The notes under the pieces: generated by a model
Seen by the model: the letters and a program-made list of their open reading frames with translations, nothing else
Database searches by the model: none
Told to the model about the DNA's origin: nothing
In this document: positions 25,432 to 38,074 of the stretch, one piece after another
How the letters are laid out: every line of letters begins with the position of its first letter
Position numbering within the stretch: the first letter of the stretch is position 1
Program-made: the position numbers and the translations under genes
Assembly (NCBI GenBank): GCA_951406725.2
Contig: OX597826.1
Span: forward strand, 17,794,001-17,858,000
From: Octopus vulgaris
Lineage: Eukaryota
Direction of reading: 5' to 3'
Length of the DNA stretch: 64,000 nt

Positions 25432-26439
25432 GTAAGTTTCATTGATTTTACTCTTCACCATAGAATATATTCAATATTTGTTTACCTTATAAACCATTGT
25501 CGATAAGCTTCACAAGATCTGATTTCTTTATCATAGTTGACTGCATATCTATGACTTTTCTAAAACAACATCCTAAAGTCTTAGCATCTTAAGAGCAAGA
25601 AAATATTTCACTTCCAAAACACTATATCTCTATATACTTCTTCTTTATAGACGTCAGCATCTAAAACTTCAAACAGGATCCTAACCAGATCGATGTAAAT
25701 AGTGCAGGGGAACAGCCCTCCACACTTTCCTAGATTATTTTACTCTTTTATTATATTAAAAGAAATCACTAAAGAATTATAATTAATTTATTTGGGGGAC
25801 AAACACACACACACACATATACATGCAGTAGGAGTCTACACAGTGGGACTGGACCTGTAGCTATGTAGCTGCAAAGTGGAGCACACTATCATATCTGTAT
25901 CAATAATGATGATGGTCGCTTCCATCTGTTTCAACATATGAGTGTTTGAAGGAGAGGATTTAAGGTTAAAAAAAAAAAGGTGGGAAAAAGTAAAAAATAT
26001 CTTTTGAAAAGAATAGAAACAAAGAGGTTGCATCTATTTGTGATGGATGCGTGAATGTAATTTGTGTCCAGGGATGGATTTTGCTATGAAGTCACAATGG
26101 AGACACTGATGATTTTGATTTTGCCTAGGATTGGGCAGACGTGTCTATTGATTGCAGGATATTATTCTGTTATTGTTCTTTTCTTCAATTCAAATTGTTT
26201 TGATGCATCATCACACATTCTGCACCATGCAGATTGATCTAGGCAATGACCTTCCCAAGAGGTCATGTGAAGCTGTAGAGGTTTTAGTGATTGCTTCAAA
26301 TTACACGTAAGGACAGGTCTTCTGTTATCATGACATCCCTCCATTTATTGGCCTTACAAAAGAATTTTTAGAATGTGGTCATTTTGCATTCAAATAACAG
26401 CAATATTACCTATAATTATAATAAAACAGGGAAAATATT

Positions 26440-27090
26440 GATAGTATACAAAGCATTCCATCCCAAGAGTGACACTGATAGATTGTACTACTTGTCCAGA
26501 AGAAAGGGTGGGAAAGGTTTGATCAGTTGCTGAGATTGTGTAGAAGCAGTGGAAAACAGAATAGGGTGTTTATGTAAAAGATGCCGTGGAATCATTGTTG
26601 AAATATGTGAAGAAGTCCAGCAATATCAAAATTGATAATTGTGTAAAGAAAGAACAACTTAAAGAGGAAAATAACATGTAAAAAGAAATAGCATGGAAAG
26701 AAAAAAATATGTACAGTCAGTTTGCAAGAGGTACGGATACCAAGACAGATGCAGGAGACCAGTGGTTATGGATGTAGAGGAGTGATTTGAAAATGGAAAC
26801 AGAAGCACTTATATGCACACCACAAGAACAGGCATTAAGGACTAACTATGTGAACAGCAGAATTGACGACACCACTGAGAGTGACAAATGCAGAATGTGT
26901 AGTGAGAGGGGTGAAATGGTATGGCACATTGTTAGTGAATGCCCAAAATTGGTACAACACAAATACAAAAGAGAACATGACGTGGCAAAAATAATCCAAG
27001 GCCTTCAAAGACATGGCATGACCAAAACCCAGGAAGTACTGAGAATAAAGACTGCAAAATCCTGATGCAATGATTCTGTGTGACCATCAG
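26440..27090 (+). mobile_element. R4/Dong-like (RLE) non-LTR retrotransposon fragment
   Basis: LKMETEALICTPQEQALRTNYV...CRMC..GE..WHIVSECPKL..YK.EHD: CCHC knuckle and RHD-like region that precede the RLE domain. Confidence 0.8.
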
Positions 27091-27558
27091 ATCAGAAATT
27101 TAAAGTATTGCTTTGTTACAATGGTAGAACATCTGTCATGTGTACAAGATATGTGGCTTCATGTCTCATGAGCAGCATTTGACCCTTTTTTTTTCTATCT
27201 AAAAGGGTATTTTCAATCCAATATTTGCAAGATATCATTTCATATTCTCTTGAAAGTTTATAAATTCTTCTGGCATCAGCAAAATTAATAAAAAAGCTCC
27301 AAGTGCTAGATATCTATAATCAACCATTTTCAGAAACCTCTGAAACCAGAGTACCACACAATTACAAAGACATTATTGATAAATTCATCAGCATGATTGG
27401 CAAACCCAGGAGATTAATCCCCTTCTCTGTTTATCTGATTTCGAACATCTTGTATATTTGATTGCAATCATTGCTTTATAACTAATTGATCCTAGCATCT
27501 TGATTAATATCTATTGGGAATCACTGAGTGATTTTTTTTTTGTTTTCTTTTTTTCCAG

Positions 27559-27746
27559 ACATGGATCCAATGGTTTCTAATGGTGATAAACTTTCTCTTC
27601 TTTTGGTGCTGTATGATTGTGGTGCATGCTTTCTGTTTAGATTGCGAACACCCTGGTAATCCTTATTGGGTCATGGAAAACACGTTGGCCAAACCAACTC
27701 ATGTCTTAATTGTTGTGATTACCTCAGTTATTGCTTTAATTCCCAG
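27559..27746 (+). CDS. P4-ATPase exon (TM9-TM10)
   Basis: TWIQWFLMVINFLFFW...HPGNPYWVMENTLAKPTHVLIVVITSVIALIPR; NPYW resembles the ATP10 family. Confidence 0.93.
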
Positions 27747-27923
27747 GTAAGCAGTAATGATTCTGCATCACTCTCCTAATTTTGTTGATTTTCCAAAGTT
27801 TTTATTTCCCATTCCTCCTCAGATGGAGGGGATACCAGTAATCTTTTCTATTATTTATATAAACTTAATTTGTTTACTCTGAGACTTGTTTTTCCAGGAT
27901 TACATGGGATAGATGAATATTAA

Positions 27924-28144
27924 CCCTTTAGTGTTCAGATTACTCTGTTAAATGTAAAACTTTTTTCACTCAAATTATTTTAAATTAATCACGCATTATC
28001 TTACAGCTTTGAGGTTTCAATGATGCAATTGTTTACTTTTAGAATGACATTGTAGGTTAGGTGTGAGAGGCTAGATATGGCTAGTTCAAATATAAAACAA
28101 GTAGACTATCTGGGCCAGATGTGGCCGGTTTAAACACTAAAGGG
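27924..28144. mobile_element. piggyBac-like MITE (second copy 62346-62567)
   Basis: TTAA|ccctttagtgtt ... aacactaaaggg|TTAA. Confidence 0.88.
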
Positions 28145-30351
28145 TTAATGTGATTTAGTTTTCACCTATTTGCTTTCCCTGTCACTAACCTTTAACTGTT
28201 TTTCAAATAAGTGATCTCTAATTCCACACACCTTCAAAGGTGCAAAGCCAACAGATCATCTGTTGATAACAGTTCAAATGACAATGTCGTTGCATGTAGT
28301 TTAATGATTTTCACAAAAGCACAAATATAAGTATACCCACGTGCATGTAAACAGATATTTATTTACGACGGGCTTCTCTCATTTTCTGTTGACGGAATCA
28401 CAAGGCTTCATTCAGCTTGGGTCCATATGAGAAACACTTGCTTGAGGTACCTTGCTATGGGACTGAATCTAAAATCATTTGCTTGTGAAGTAAACTTTTG
28501 ATCCATACAGTCATGTCTGCACCTAGCCTTGTGTGTGCGTGTGTGTGTGATGCTAAAAATAATCCAGATCACATGATATGAAGCATCACAGAGATATGCC
28601 ATATATTTCCTGTGAGTGTTGTAAGTCATTTGAAGCCACTTGGATTTGTGAATCTCTTTTGTGTTTGGGTAACCCACTGCTTAACTGACAAAATTTTAAC
28701 GGCCCACATTTCCATTTGCAATTTTTTGCTCAAACATAGAAAAATCACCAAATTTTTGAAAAGAATGATTAAAGAACAGCAGTTATGTAACCACCATCAT
28801 TAGGTTATGGCTGGTTCTGCTATAAAATGCCGTGCACTCTGAGCTGAGTGCTTGTACAACATCCTGTACCTCCTGATGTGTATACTTATGTATGCATGTA
28901 TAGATAGAGAAATGTATGTGTGTAAGTCTTCAGTAAGATTGATGGTTTTCACTTTTCAATGAGATATCCATCCACTCAGAGCAACAGTGCTCTGTGATAA
29001 CAAAACTAGGATAAATGGGTAAACAAAGTATGTTTGTAGAAACAGAATGATTGTGGGGGAAAAGAAAGTAAAACACAATGGCAGAGGTGAGAGAAAGTGA
29101 TGTATGTCAGTAAAGAGTTTTTTTAATTTTATTACATATATAACACGTATGTATATGATACATGTATAATACAAAACCACATTAAAATACAAACCCCCAA
29201 ACCAAAGAAAATGCAAGCATGAGTGAAGAAAGAAAATAATGGAAAACAAAAAGAGGAAGAAAGAAAGTAAAAACATCAATTCAGCACCAAAATTGGTCTC
29301 ACACCACAAGGCTCAATGGAACCTGCTGAAGCAAGCCAGCACACTTGCAGTATTACCACAGGTGATGACTAGGCTAAGGTGTTGGAACAGCCAAGCACCT
29401 TCATAGGTGCTTGGTAAGGCAAGCTGCCAACAATGACAAGAACTTTGCTCTTAGCGGCCCAGCCACTCCAAATGTCTAAAACACTACAGGCTGGAAGAAA
29501 TGGTTCACTGATAAGTCCTGATGCGTAAGGATTTTGTTCCATTTGGCTATGGAGGCAGTGACCCTCATTATCTGAGGGGAGAAGAGGTGATGACTGGCAA
29601 TACAGATCTGATACGATCCTTTACACACAAGCCCCATGATGAGCAAGAGAGGTTGCATGGCAAAAGTAGGAAGGATATAGATAAGGCATAAAACTTGTGT
29701 GATTCCTTGTTGCATAGGAGACATTTTATAGTGAACAGGAAATGGTAAATGATATCACCACCATTGTTCTAACAACCACTTTTCAATGCTCATATACTTT
29801 GAATGGGATTTGTTGAGGCAGATTATCTCCAGCTGGAAACCCTCCCAGTCACCAACACTCACCTGTTTCTGAGTAAGGTAATATTTCCTCGTGATCAAAC
29901 TTGTTTCCACAAAAGATTAGCAGTGAAGCACACCATTTGCATGATGGCGTCATTCATTTACAACTGTCGCACAGTGCCAAGGCAAGAAGACAGTAACACA
30001 CACACACACGATAGGCTTCTTTCAGTTTCTGTCTATCAAATCCACTTACAAAAGTTTGGCAAATCTGGAGCTATAGTAGAAGACACTGGTCCATACTGTG
30101 GGACTGAACCTGGAACCACATGGCTGAAAAGCAAACTTCTTACCACACAGCCATGCCTCTGTGTGTGTGTAAACATTTAAAGGAGAGAAAGAAAAGAAAC
30201 AGCAATTTAGTATTTGCAGTTATTTGTGTATCTTAATGAAATATTTTACTCAGTGAAGAGGAAGTTGAAGAAGTTTAAAGATGAGGAAAATGGAATGAAA
30301 GTATTTTTAAGTCGAATATGTAGATTAGAAAGGATTTAGACATTAAAATAT

Positions 30352-30785
30352 GGCGTAGGAGTGGCTGTGTAGTAAGTAGCTTGTTTACCAACCACATGGT
30401 TCTGGGTTCAGTCCCACTGCGTGGCACCTTGGGCAAGTGTCTTCTACTATAGCCTCGGGCCGACCAAAGCCTTGTGAGTGGATTTGGTAGACGGAAACTG
30501 AAAGAAGCCTGTCGTATATATGTATACATATATATATATATATATATATGCGTGTGTGTATTTGTGTGTCTGTGTTTGTCCCCCTAGCATTGCTTGACAA
30601 CTGATGCTGGTGTGTTTATGTCCCCGTTACTTAGCGGTTCGGCAAAAGGGACCGATAGAATAAGTACTGGGCTTACAAAAGAATAAGTCCCAGGGTCGAG
30701 TTGCTCGACTAAAGGTGGTGCTCCAGCATGGCCGCAGTCAAATGACTGAAACAAGTAAAAGAGTAAAAGAGTAAAGAGTAAAAGA
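30352..30785 (+). mobile_element. Near full-length tRNA-derived SINE, family A (many partial copies across the window)
   Basis: ggcgtaggagtggctgtgtagtaag..ggttcagtccc head, internal TA/TG tract, (gagtaaaa)n tail. Confidence 0.9.
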
Positions 30786-31213
30786 GATATTCTACATAAG
30801 GGTTAAAATCCTTCAGTTTATTGACATTGACATTTGAAGAAATTTCTAAATTGGAATGGTTGTGGCAACTAACAAACTAAAAACATTCTGCAATGACTAT
30901 AGGTTGGCTGGAATCTTGGCAAACCTAAATATTTGTGTAATTCAATCTGATTGGTTAGCTCTTTTAATAAACTTATACCTGAAACATTTTAAAGTGTGTC
31001 AGTCTACATGTGTTCCAGTTATGTAAAGATTATGCTCTTTTAATAATTATTTAATATTTTAGGTATTACAAAACAAATATAACTTTCTTGAAGGGAATGT
31101 GATCTATATTGACCGTAAAAACCAATTCCTGTTAGCTGATATTTTTGTTTGTGTGGTGTATGAGTGTTTTGTTTTTCTTAAATGGTTGATTTTCCTCCTT
31201 TTTCTCATTTTAG

Positions 31214-31457
31214 GTTCTTATACCGAGTCTTTCAGTGGACATTTTGGCCTAATGATGTGATGAGTATGACGAAAAAGATAAAACTTCGAAACCAAGAAAT
31301 GACATCAGAAGATAGTTTAGATATGACAGAAACCACTCCACAGACCGGTTTCAAGCGGAATATCCGGATTTGGACAACAAATACTGCGGAACCACACCAA
31401 GTATATCGGCGTCAGACAAGCAGTGACTACATATCACATAGATCGATTTTTAGCTGA
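31214..31457 (+). CDS. P4-ATPase terminal coding exon
   Basis: (R)FLYRVFQWTFWPNDV...HRSIFS-stop; phase 2 matches the previous exon. Confidence 0.88.
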
Positions 31458-32950
31458 CATCTTCATGTTTATGTTTTCTGTAGAGTTGTTCATTTTTATT
31501 TTTTTATACGTTCATACTCAATGGTTAGGCCGGACGTAAAGAGAAGAGGAGTGAGATTGATTGTGTGTGTGTATATGAATGCTGACCTCTTCTTTTGTAG
31601 AGGCATTCAAATTCTTTTACAACCTTTCATTTCATGAAACTTTTACCTTCAGTATAATTTTTATAAGTCCAATGTCCTGAAGAATCACAGAGAAGTGAAA
31701 GACGATGTAAAAGGTTTTGAAATATACACACAAACACACATAATGGTATAATTATTGCAACAGAAAATGCATGAACAATTTTAAGGGTCAAAATATTGAC
31801 CCCACCCTCAGTAAAATATTTTTACATATCATGACTTGGTTACTGCAATTAATGTCATCTACATCAACAATGCTGTGACAAGAAAAGACAATTTCCTTTT
31901 TCTGTGTTGTTATTACTCAGAGAGTCAATGACAACGCCACTGTCCAAATGTTTTCAATGTTCTGTGTACAATTTTATGAACTTTAAATAAGCTGAGTCTT
32001 TCCTTTAAATGTCATGTCTGCTTTGAAAATTGTCTGGAACCAAATGACATCATGAGGAAATTGTCTTTTTCTTCTTTTTTTTTTTCTGAATGTGAATGGG
32101 TGAGTGGGTGATTATTAGATATACTAAGTGACTGTAAATGTTTTTTGATGTGTTTTATTTTTTTATTTCCAATGTGAATCTTTAAATAAAACAATTATTT
32201 TTGTAACTCATTACATTTTTAAAAGACAAAAAATATTAAAGCATAAAAAAATACAAAAAAAAAACTAACAACGTCCAAAATCTTTCTCTTCTTGAAATTA
32301 GCATCAAACTCATAAGTATATATTAAGCGTGAGATTATAAATCAGGCCTGATTGGGGTACAACTGGAAACCAAGGAAATTTAAACATTTAAATTCAAATA
32401 TATATTCACATGAGTGTATATATATATATATACACACATGTGACAGATCTTCATCTGTGTGATTCTACTCACAAAGCACTGGCTGGAAACTTTGCCCAAG
32501 TGTGTTACAGTAGATTTAATGAATATGGGAGGCAGACCCTACACACCAAAGTTTGATCCCACCATAATCTTGATATGGTACTGTGCCTATACTTGTAACC
32601 CCTGAAGGAAGTACATAGAGTTTGTAAATCTCCACTTTGAAATAGGTAATTATGTTTTGTGGATATCATCCATGTATCCTGTCACACTTTTTAGGTGGTG
32701 GGATTGCTCTGATATTTGCCTGTAAACTGTTGAAGCAAATATTCTATTGTTGGATGGATGCCCTAATCCTAATTACTCAATTCACTGCCATTGATAGGGT
32801 TTCAACTACTTGAGTGGTCAGTCACTGAACTAACTTTTTTTTCATTTTCTCTTTGACCAAGTTAGAAGCAGATGTCATACAGTAAAGAAATCAGTGCATG
32901 TTGAAGCCAATGTACCACATACACATACATGTGTATATATATATATATGT

Positions 32951-33250
32951 GGAGGCGCAATGGCCCAGTGGTTAGGGCAGTGAACTCGCGGTTGTAGAAT
33001 CGCGGTTTCGATTCCCAGACCAGGCGTTGTGAGTGTTTATTGAGCGAAAACACCTAAAGCTCCATGAGGCTCCGGCAGGGGATTGTGGCGATCTCTGCTG
33101 TACTCTTTCACCACAACTTTCTCTCACTCTTTCTTCTGTTGGCCTGCTCGCTTAGCCAGCGGGGTGGCATCATTTGAAGGCTAAAACAATGTGAAGCGCA
33201 TTGTGACCAGCGATGTGTAGCAACATCTGATAGCCTGGTCGGTCACGGTG
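32951..33250 (+). mobile_element. tRNA-derived SINE, family C, inserted in a (TA)n tract
   Basis: ggaggcgcaatggcccagtggttaggg (A box) ... ggtttcgattccc (B box); CpG-rich, so probably young; related fragment near 53135. Confidence 0.85.
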
Positions 33251-36200
33251 ATATATATATATATATATATAAGCATTACTTATGAGGAGGCAGTGCTAAG
33301 CAGTGATGTGTATAAATACAAGCTTATTACCAGTAAAAATATGCTTGGGGCATATTCAAACCTGTAAGAAAGCCAGTCTAAGTAAGTGGTGCTGTGAGCT
33401 GATTTTGGTATATTTAAACCATTTGTCTACAGCAAGAATTTTCTCCATGACAAAATACATTGAATGGCTTTCTTATGGGTTCGAATATCTCCCAAGCATT
33501 TTTGAACTGGAAATAACCTTGTATAAGCATTAATATGTGTTAATTTGTATATGTTTTGATATGATATACGTGAGCATGCTAGTGCCCCGTCCTCAAATCA
33601 TCTGACACCTTCCTTGGATTTAAGTCTAACATGTATCATATTATATGAAGGGACCACTACACACAGTCAAATAAACTCATTATAGACGTTTTGCTCCTGT
33701 TTTATCAAACATATATACACCATCTTTTACTATCCACCAACTACATAGATTCTAAGTTTATAATAGAAGCAACTGATGAGGAAAAAGAATGTTTATTATA
33801 AAACTGCAGCCAAATTTGGTCATGGGGATAATATTCCATTCACACTGAACTATTGAAAATCATCCATCAGGAGTGTGTATGTACACACATACACACACAA
33901 TATTAGCCACAAAAGCAGTAAAAATAGTGAATGGCAATTTTTATATCCTACTTAATGTGAATGTATTGGTGGAACACCCTAATGCTGCAGTATTTGCCCT
34001 GATAAACCTTCTCGTAGAGACATTTAAAGCTTCTTAGCACTAGACATCAGTATGAGATTTCTCAAGATTATGGCATTCTAACTGTACATCCATGTGAAGT
34101 AGGGTCCATACATACACACACAGAAAGACAAATGGATGCTTCCAGGTATCTGTTTACCTTATTTACACCCTTGCTTTCTCATGGAAAATACTATTTTCTT
34201 TTAACCAATGAAACTCTAATATAACTTTGTAAATCTCCACTGCCCCTCCCCTCAGCAGTTTTTTCCTTCTTCAAAATTTTAGAGTTTGTCAGTTCTTCAT
34301 TTCTAACAAGTGACAGAAAATAAATAAATAAATAAAAGAGCATTGGTATGAATTGAACTCAAACCACCTAATTTCTACCACCAATAACAACCACCCGCAC
34401 GTCCTATATGACATTAAATCAAAGAGCTTGGGGTAGATTATGGGAGCAGTTTGCTAGAGATAAAAAAAAAAAATAGTAATACCGGAAACAGAATAGCAGT
34501 GGTGTACACGCAGTAATGGAACAATTCACTTCTGATTAAAATAAGATAATTGGACCATCCTTTCATTACTGATAGCAACCATGCAGGGTTTTTAGTTGAT
34601 TATATTGACCCTAGTAATTTGTTTAGTACTTGTTTTATTGTTCTCGTTAGAAACAAGAGTCAAGTCATTCTTTTCATCAAGGGACTTGTTCACCACATAC
34701 ACTAATATAAACATATATATGCGTGTGTATATATTTACACACACATGATGAGTTTCCATGTACACAGTGATAGTTGAAAACTTTCCCTGAATGCCATTGT
34801 GGAACTGAACATGGAAACATGTGGTTATATCTATACACACAATTTTTTTTTAAGAGTACACTATGTTCATGAATAGTGTCAAAATAAACATACATGCCCA
34901 TAGGCATAGAAACAAAATTATTTAAACATTTTTAAATACTTATAGATTTCTGCTCTAGCTAAGAAATTATTTTTTTATCCTTTTACCAAAGTTATATACA
35001 TTGTGGTTTACAAAATGGACAAGTCTATCTGAGACTTAGCTTTTGTTTGTTCTTCTTACAACCTAGCCATGTTACTGTTTAACACTAGGTCAGCCCTGCT
35101 GGAAACAGTAATTCCAGCTATGATCACTTTATCTTTTACTTGTTTCACTCATTTTACTGTGGCCATGCTGGGACACCATCTTGAAGGATTTTTAGTCAAA
35201 CAAATCGATCCTAGAACTTATTCTATTAGTCCTTTTGTCAAAATGCTAGATTACAAGGACTTTAGCACACATACAAGCGGTGGTGGAGGACAAACAGATG
35301 CAAGGACATGGACACACACACACATATATACCCTCATCCATACCAGGCCTCTTTCAGTTTCTGTCTACCCAATACTCTCACAAGGCTTTGGTCAGTCGGT
35401 CTGGAATCATCTCATTGGGAACCAAGTTTCTTATCCCACAGTCACCCCTGTACTCACATCTTTTTCCTAGATACAGTGTGTCAAAGAACACATCCAGTTA
35501 GTCACTCTTTTGAGATGTTTACTTTTGTTTCTAGCTGGTCAGCCGACCATAAAGAGGCTTCTTCATTGGCTTATTTAACCTAGCGATGTTGAGTGGAGGA
35601 TTTTTTTGCTCATAACTGACCTACTCAAGTACTCGGGAAAAATGGATATTTTAAAATGTTTTAACCCATCGATTAGCTACATTTCTCATACAGAAACTGT
35701 TAAAACATCAATTTCATTGGTCAATGCTATTTCAGTTTTATGATAATATTTGGTTTAAGGCAGCAAGCTGACAGAATTGTTACCATGATGGGCAAAATGC
35801 TTAGCAGCATTTCGTCTGTCTTTACATTCTGAGTTCAAATGCTGCCAAGGTCAACTTTGCCTTTCGTCCTTTTGGTGTCGATAAAATAAGCACCAGTTGA
35901 GCTCTGGGGCTGATGTAATTGACTTAGCCCCACTTTTGAACTTGTTGGCCTTGTGCCAAAATTTGAAATCAATTCACTTAATTTCTTGAGCAAAATAAAT
36001 AAAATATATACAACCCTTTGCATTGTAGATCTAAAAGATATTCTAAGAAATTAACATCAAGCTCACTATGCAACTTCGTTTTAGAAAAGAAAACACATTC
36101 GTATGGAATTGATTTGTTATTGTCTAACATTGTTATACTCAACTGCCATAACTGTATCTTCTGTGTCGATATCATTGTCAGATGATGTGAACAATTTCAA

Positions 36201-36689
36201 TTTCTCATCTTTTTCAACATATTTTTTTTATAAAAATGGTTATTTTTTTTATTTCACAATTTAAAACATTGTATACATATTTTTATTGTAAATGAAATAA
36301 TTTATATAAAGTGAAATTATTAAAAATTGCTATTTAAAGATAAAACATCTGAAAGTTGTTTTTTGTTCTTCATTAAACTTTTCCGAAATAATCGTTGACT
36401 TCTCTTCTTTGCAAAGTTTTTTTCATACATGAGTCAGTAATGCAAAGCATGAACATCATAAACTCTCATAAAACCACTGGGTTGGCAACTAAGTTCCCGC
36501 CGTTTTTTAAATTTTTGGAATCTATTTTTTTTTGAGAATTCTATTTTTGAATCATTTTGGAAGCTATTTTGTTTTTTTTCTAGTTAATTTTAGTTAAATT
36601 TTGTTTATTCTTTTTGCTCGCGACATTTGTGCGGTGTATGGAGAGGGTGCTGTAGCTGAAAGAACCACTCATGATTGGTATGCCATCAG

Positions 36690-38045
36690 ACATCTCAGTC
36701 CATTAGTCTGTGAGGCTCAGCATCCTGAGATCGGTCCTCATTAATTTATCTTGTGTCTTCCTCTGCCACAGGTGCCACCCTCTTCAATATATATTTCTTT
36801 ACTGCCCACAAGGGGCTAAACATAGAGGGGACAAACAAGGACAGACGAAGGGATTGAGTCGATTATATCGCCTCCAGTGCGAAACTGGTACTTTATTTAT
36901 TGACCCCGAAAGGATGAAAGTCAAAGTTGACCTCGGCAGAATTTGAACTCAGAACGTAACGACAGACGAAATACCACTAAGCATTTCACTCGGCGCGCTA
37001 ACGTGTCTGCCAGGTCTTCATTCATACACATTGCATGTCCAAACCAATGCAGTCTTCTCTCTTTGCATGCTGCACAATTTTTCTCTTAGCATATTTGCAT
37101 TTTGTCATACATGTACATTGGTGCAGTATATCTGCTGGAGCATACTAGCTTCATTCCTCTCTAGTCTATGCATGCCTTCTGCAGTCAGAGCGCACATCTT
37201 GCTACCATGGAGTATAGCCATTCCTACACAAGTCCTTTTGTTGCTAACAGAGGTAACAGCTCTTTGAACTGCCTCCATCCTGTTCTTATTCCAGCAACAA
37301 TACTTTCGGAACATCCTCCGCCATTGCTAATTTGGTCACCTAGGTAACAAAAAATAATCTACAAACTCAAGAGAGCCTCCTGCTTATTTAACAGTCTAAT
37401 TCCCATGTGTCCTTAGTGCATATTGTTCCTGCACATCTGCCATATATGAGGACAACTTTTTTTGTTAATCTACCTGTGATTCCACTGCACCTCTGATGTG
37501 TCCTTAGCTTAAATTGGTTGCAGCAAATGGAAATACTTCCAACTCCTTTCCTATGTACTGTGCAGGGCCAGATACCTGACAGAAAGAGAGTCTTATCTAC
37601 TTTCTTGCTAACAGCAACTTTGGTCTTCGCCAAGTTAACTTAAGGCCCTTTGATTCCAGATTTTGCTTCTATACCTGGAATTTCTTCTCCAGTTCTGCAA
37701 CATCAGTGAGGTCATCAGGACTGTGACGAATGAGTGAACTGAGAACTGAGCCTGGTGAACTCATTACTTGTATGCTAAATTTATCACTGACAGCACCACT
37801 GTACATGGCTTGTACAGCTCTAACGAGCCACTCATCTACTCTTAAGTTCCTTAGAGACCATCAGATAACAGAGCAAGGGACTCTATCAAAAGCTTTCTCC
37901 AGATTGACAAAATCCATGTACAATGGCTTGCTTTTGGCCAAATACTTCTGCTGCTGTCTCACTAGGAAGATGGCATTTGCAGTATGCTTCCTGCATCTCA
38001 TCTAATTTAATTCTATTCCTAATCAACTGAGCCATAATTCTTTCT
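36690..38045 (-). mobile_element. Internally deleted RTE LINE, interrupted by a SINE (36790-37015)
   Basis: RIKLDEMQ, LERNEASML and WPC..RKGVG fragments on the - strand. Confidence 0.85.
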
Positions 38046-38074
38046 GTATATATACGTTGGAGGTTTCTATGGGA

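Noticed and set aside
32185-32190. AATAAA as the flippase polyA signal
   Set aside because: Many such hexamers occur in AT-rich sequence; needs transcript data.
32951-33030. Possible tRNA gene
   Set aside because: No complete cloverleaf; continues into a SINE body.
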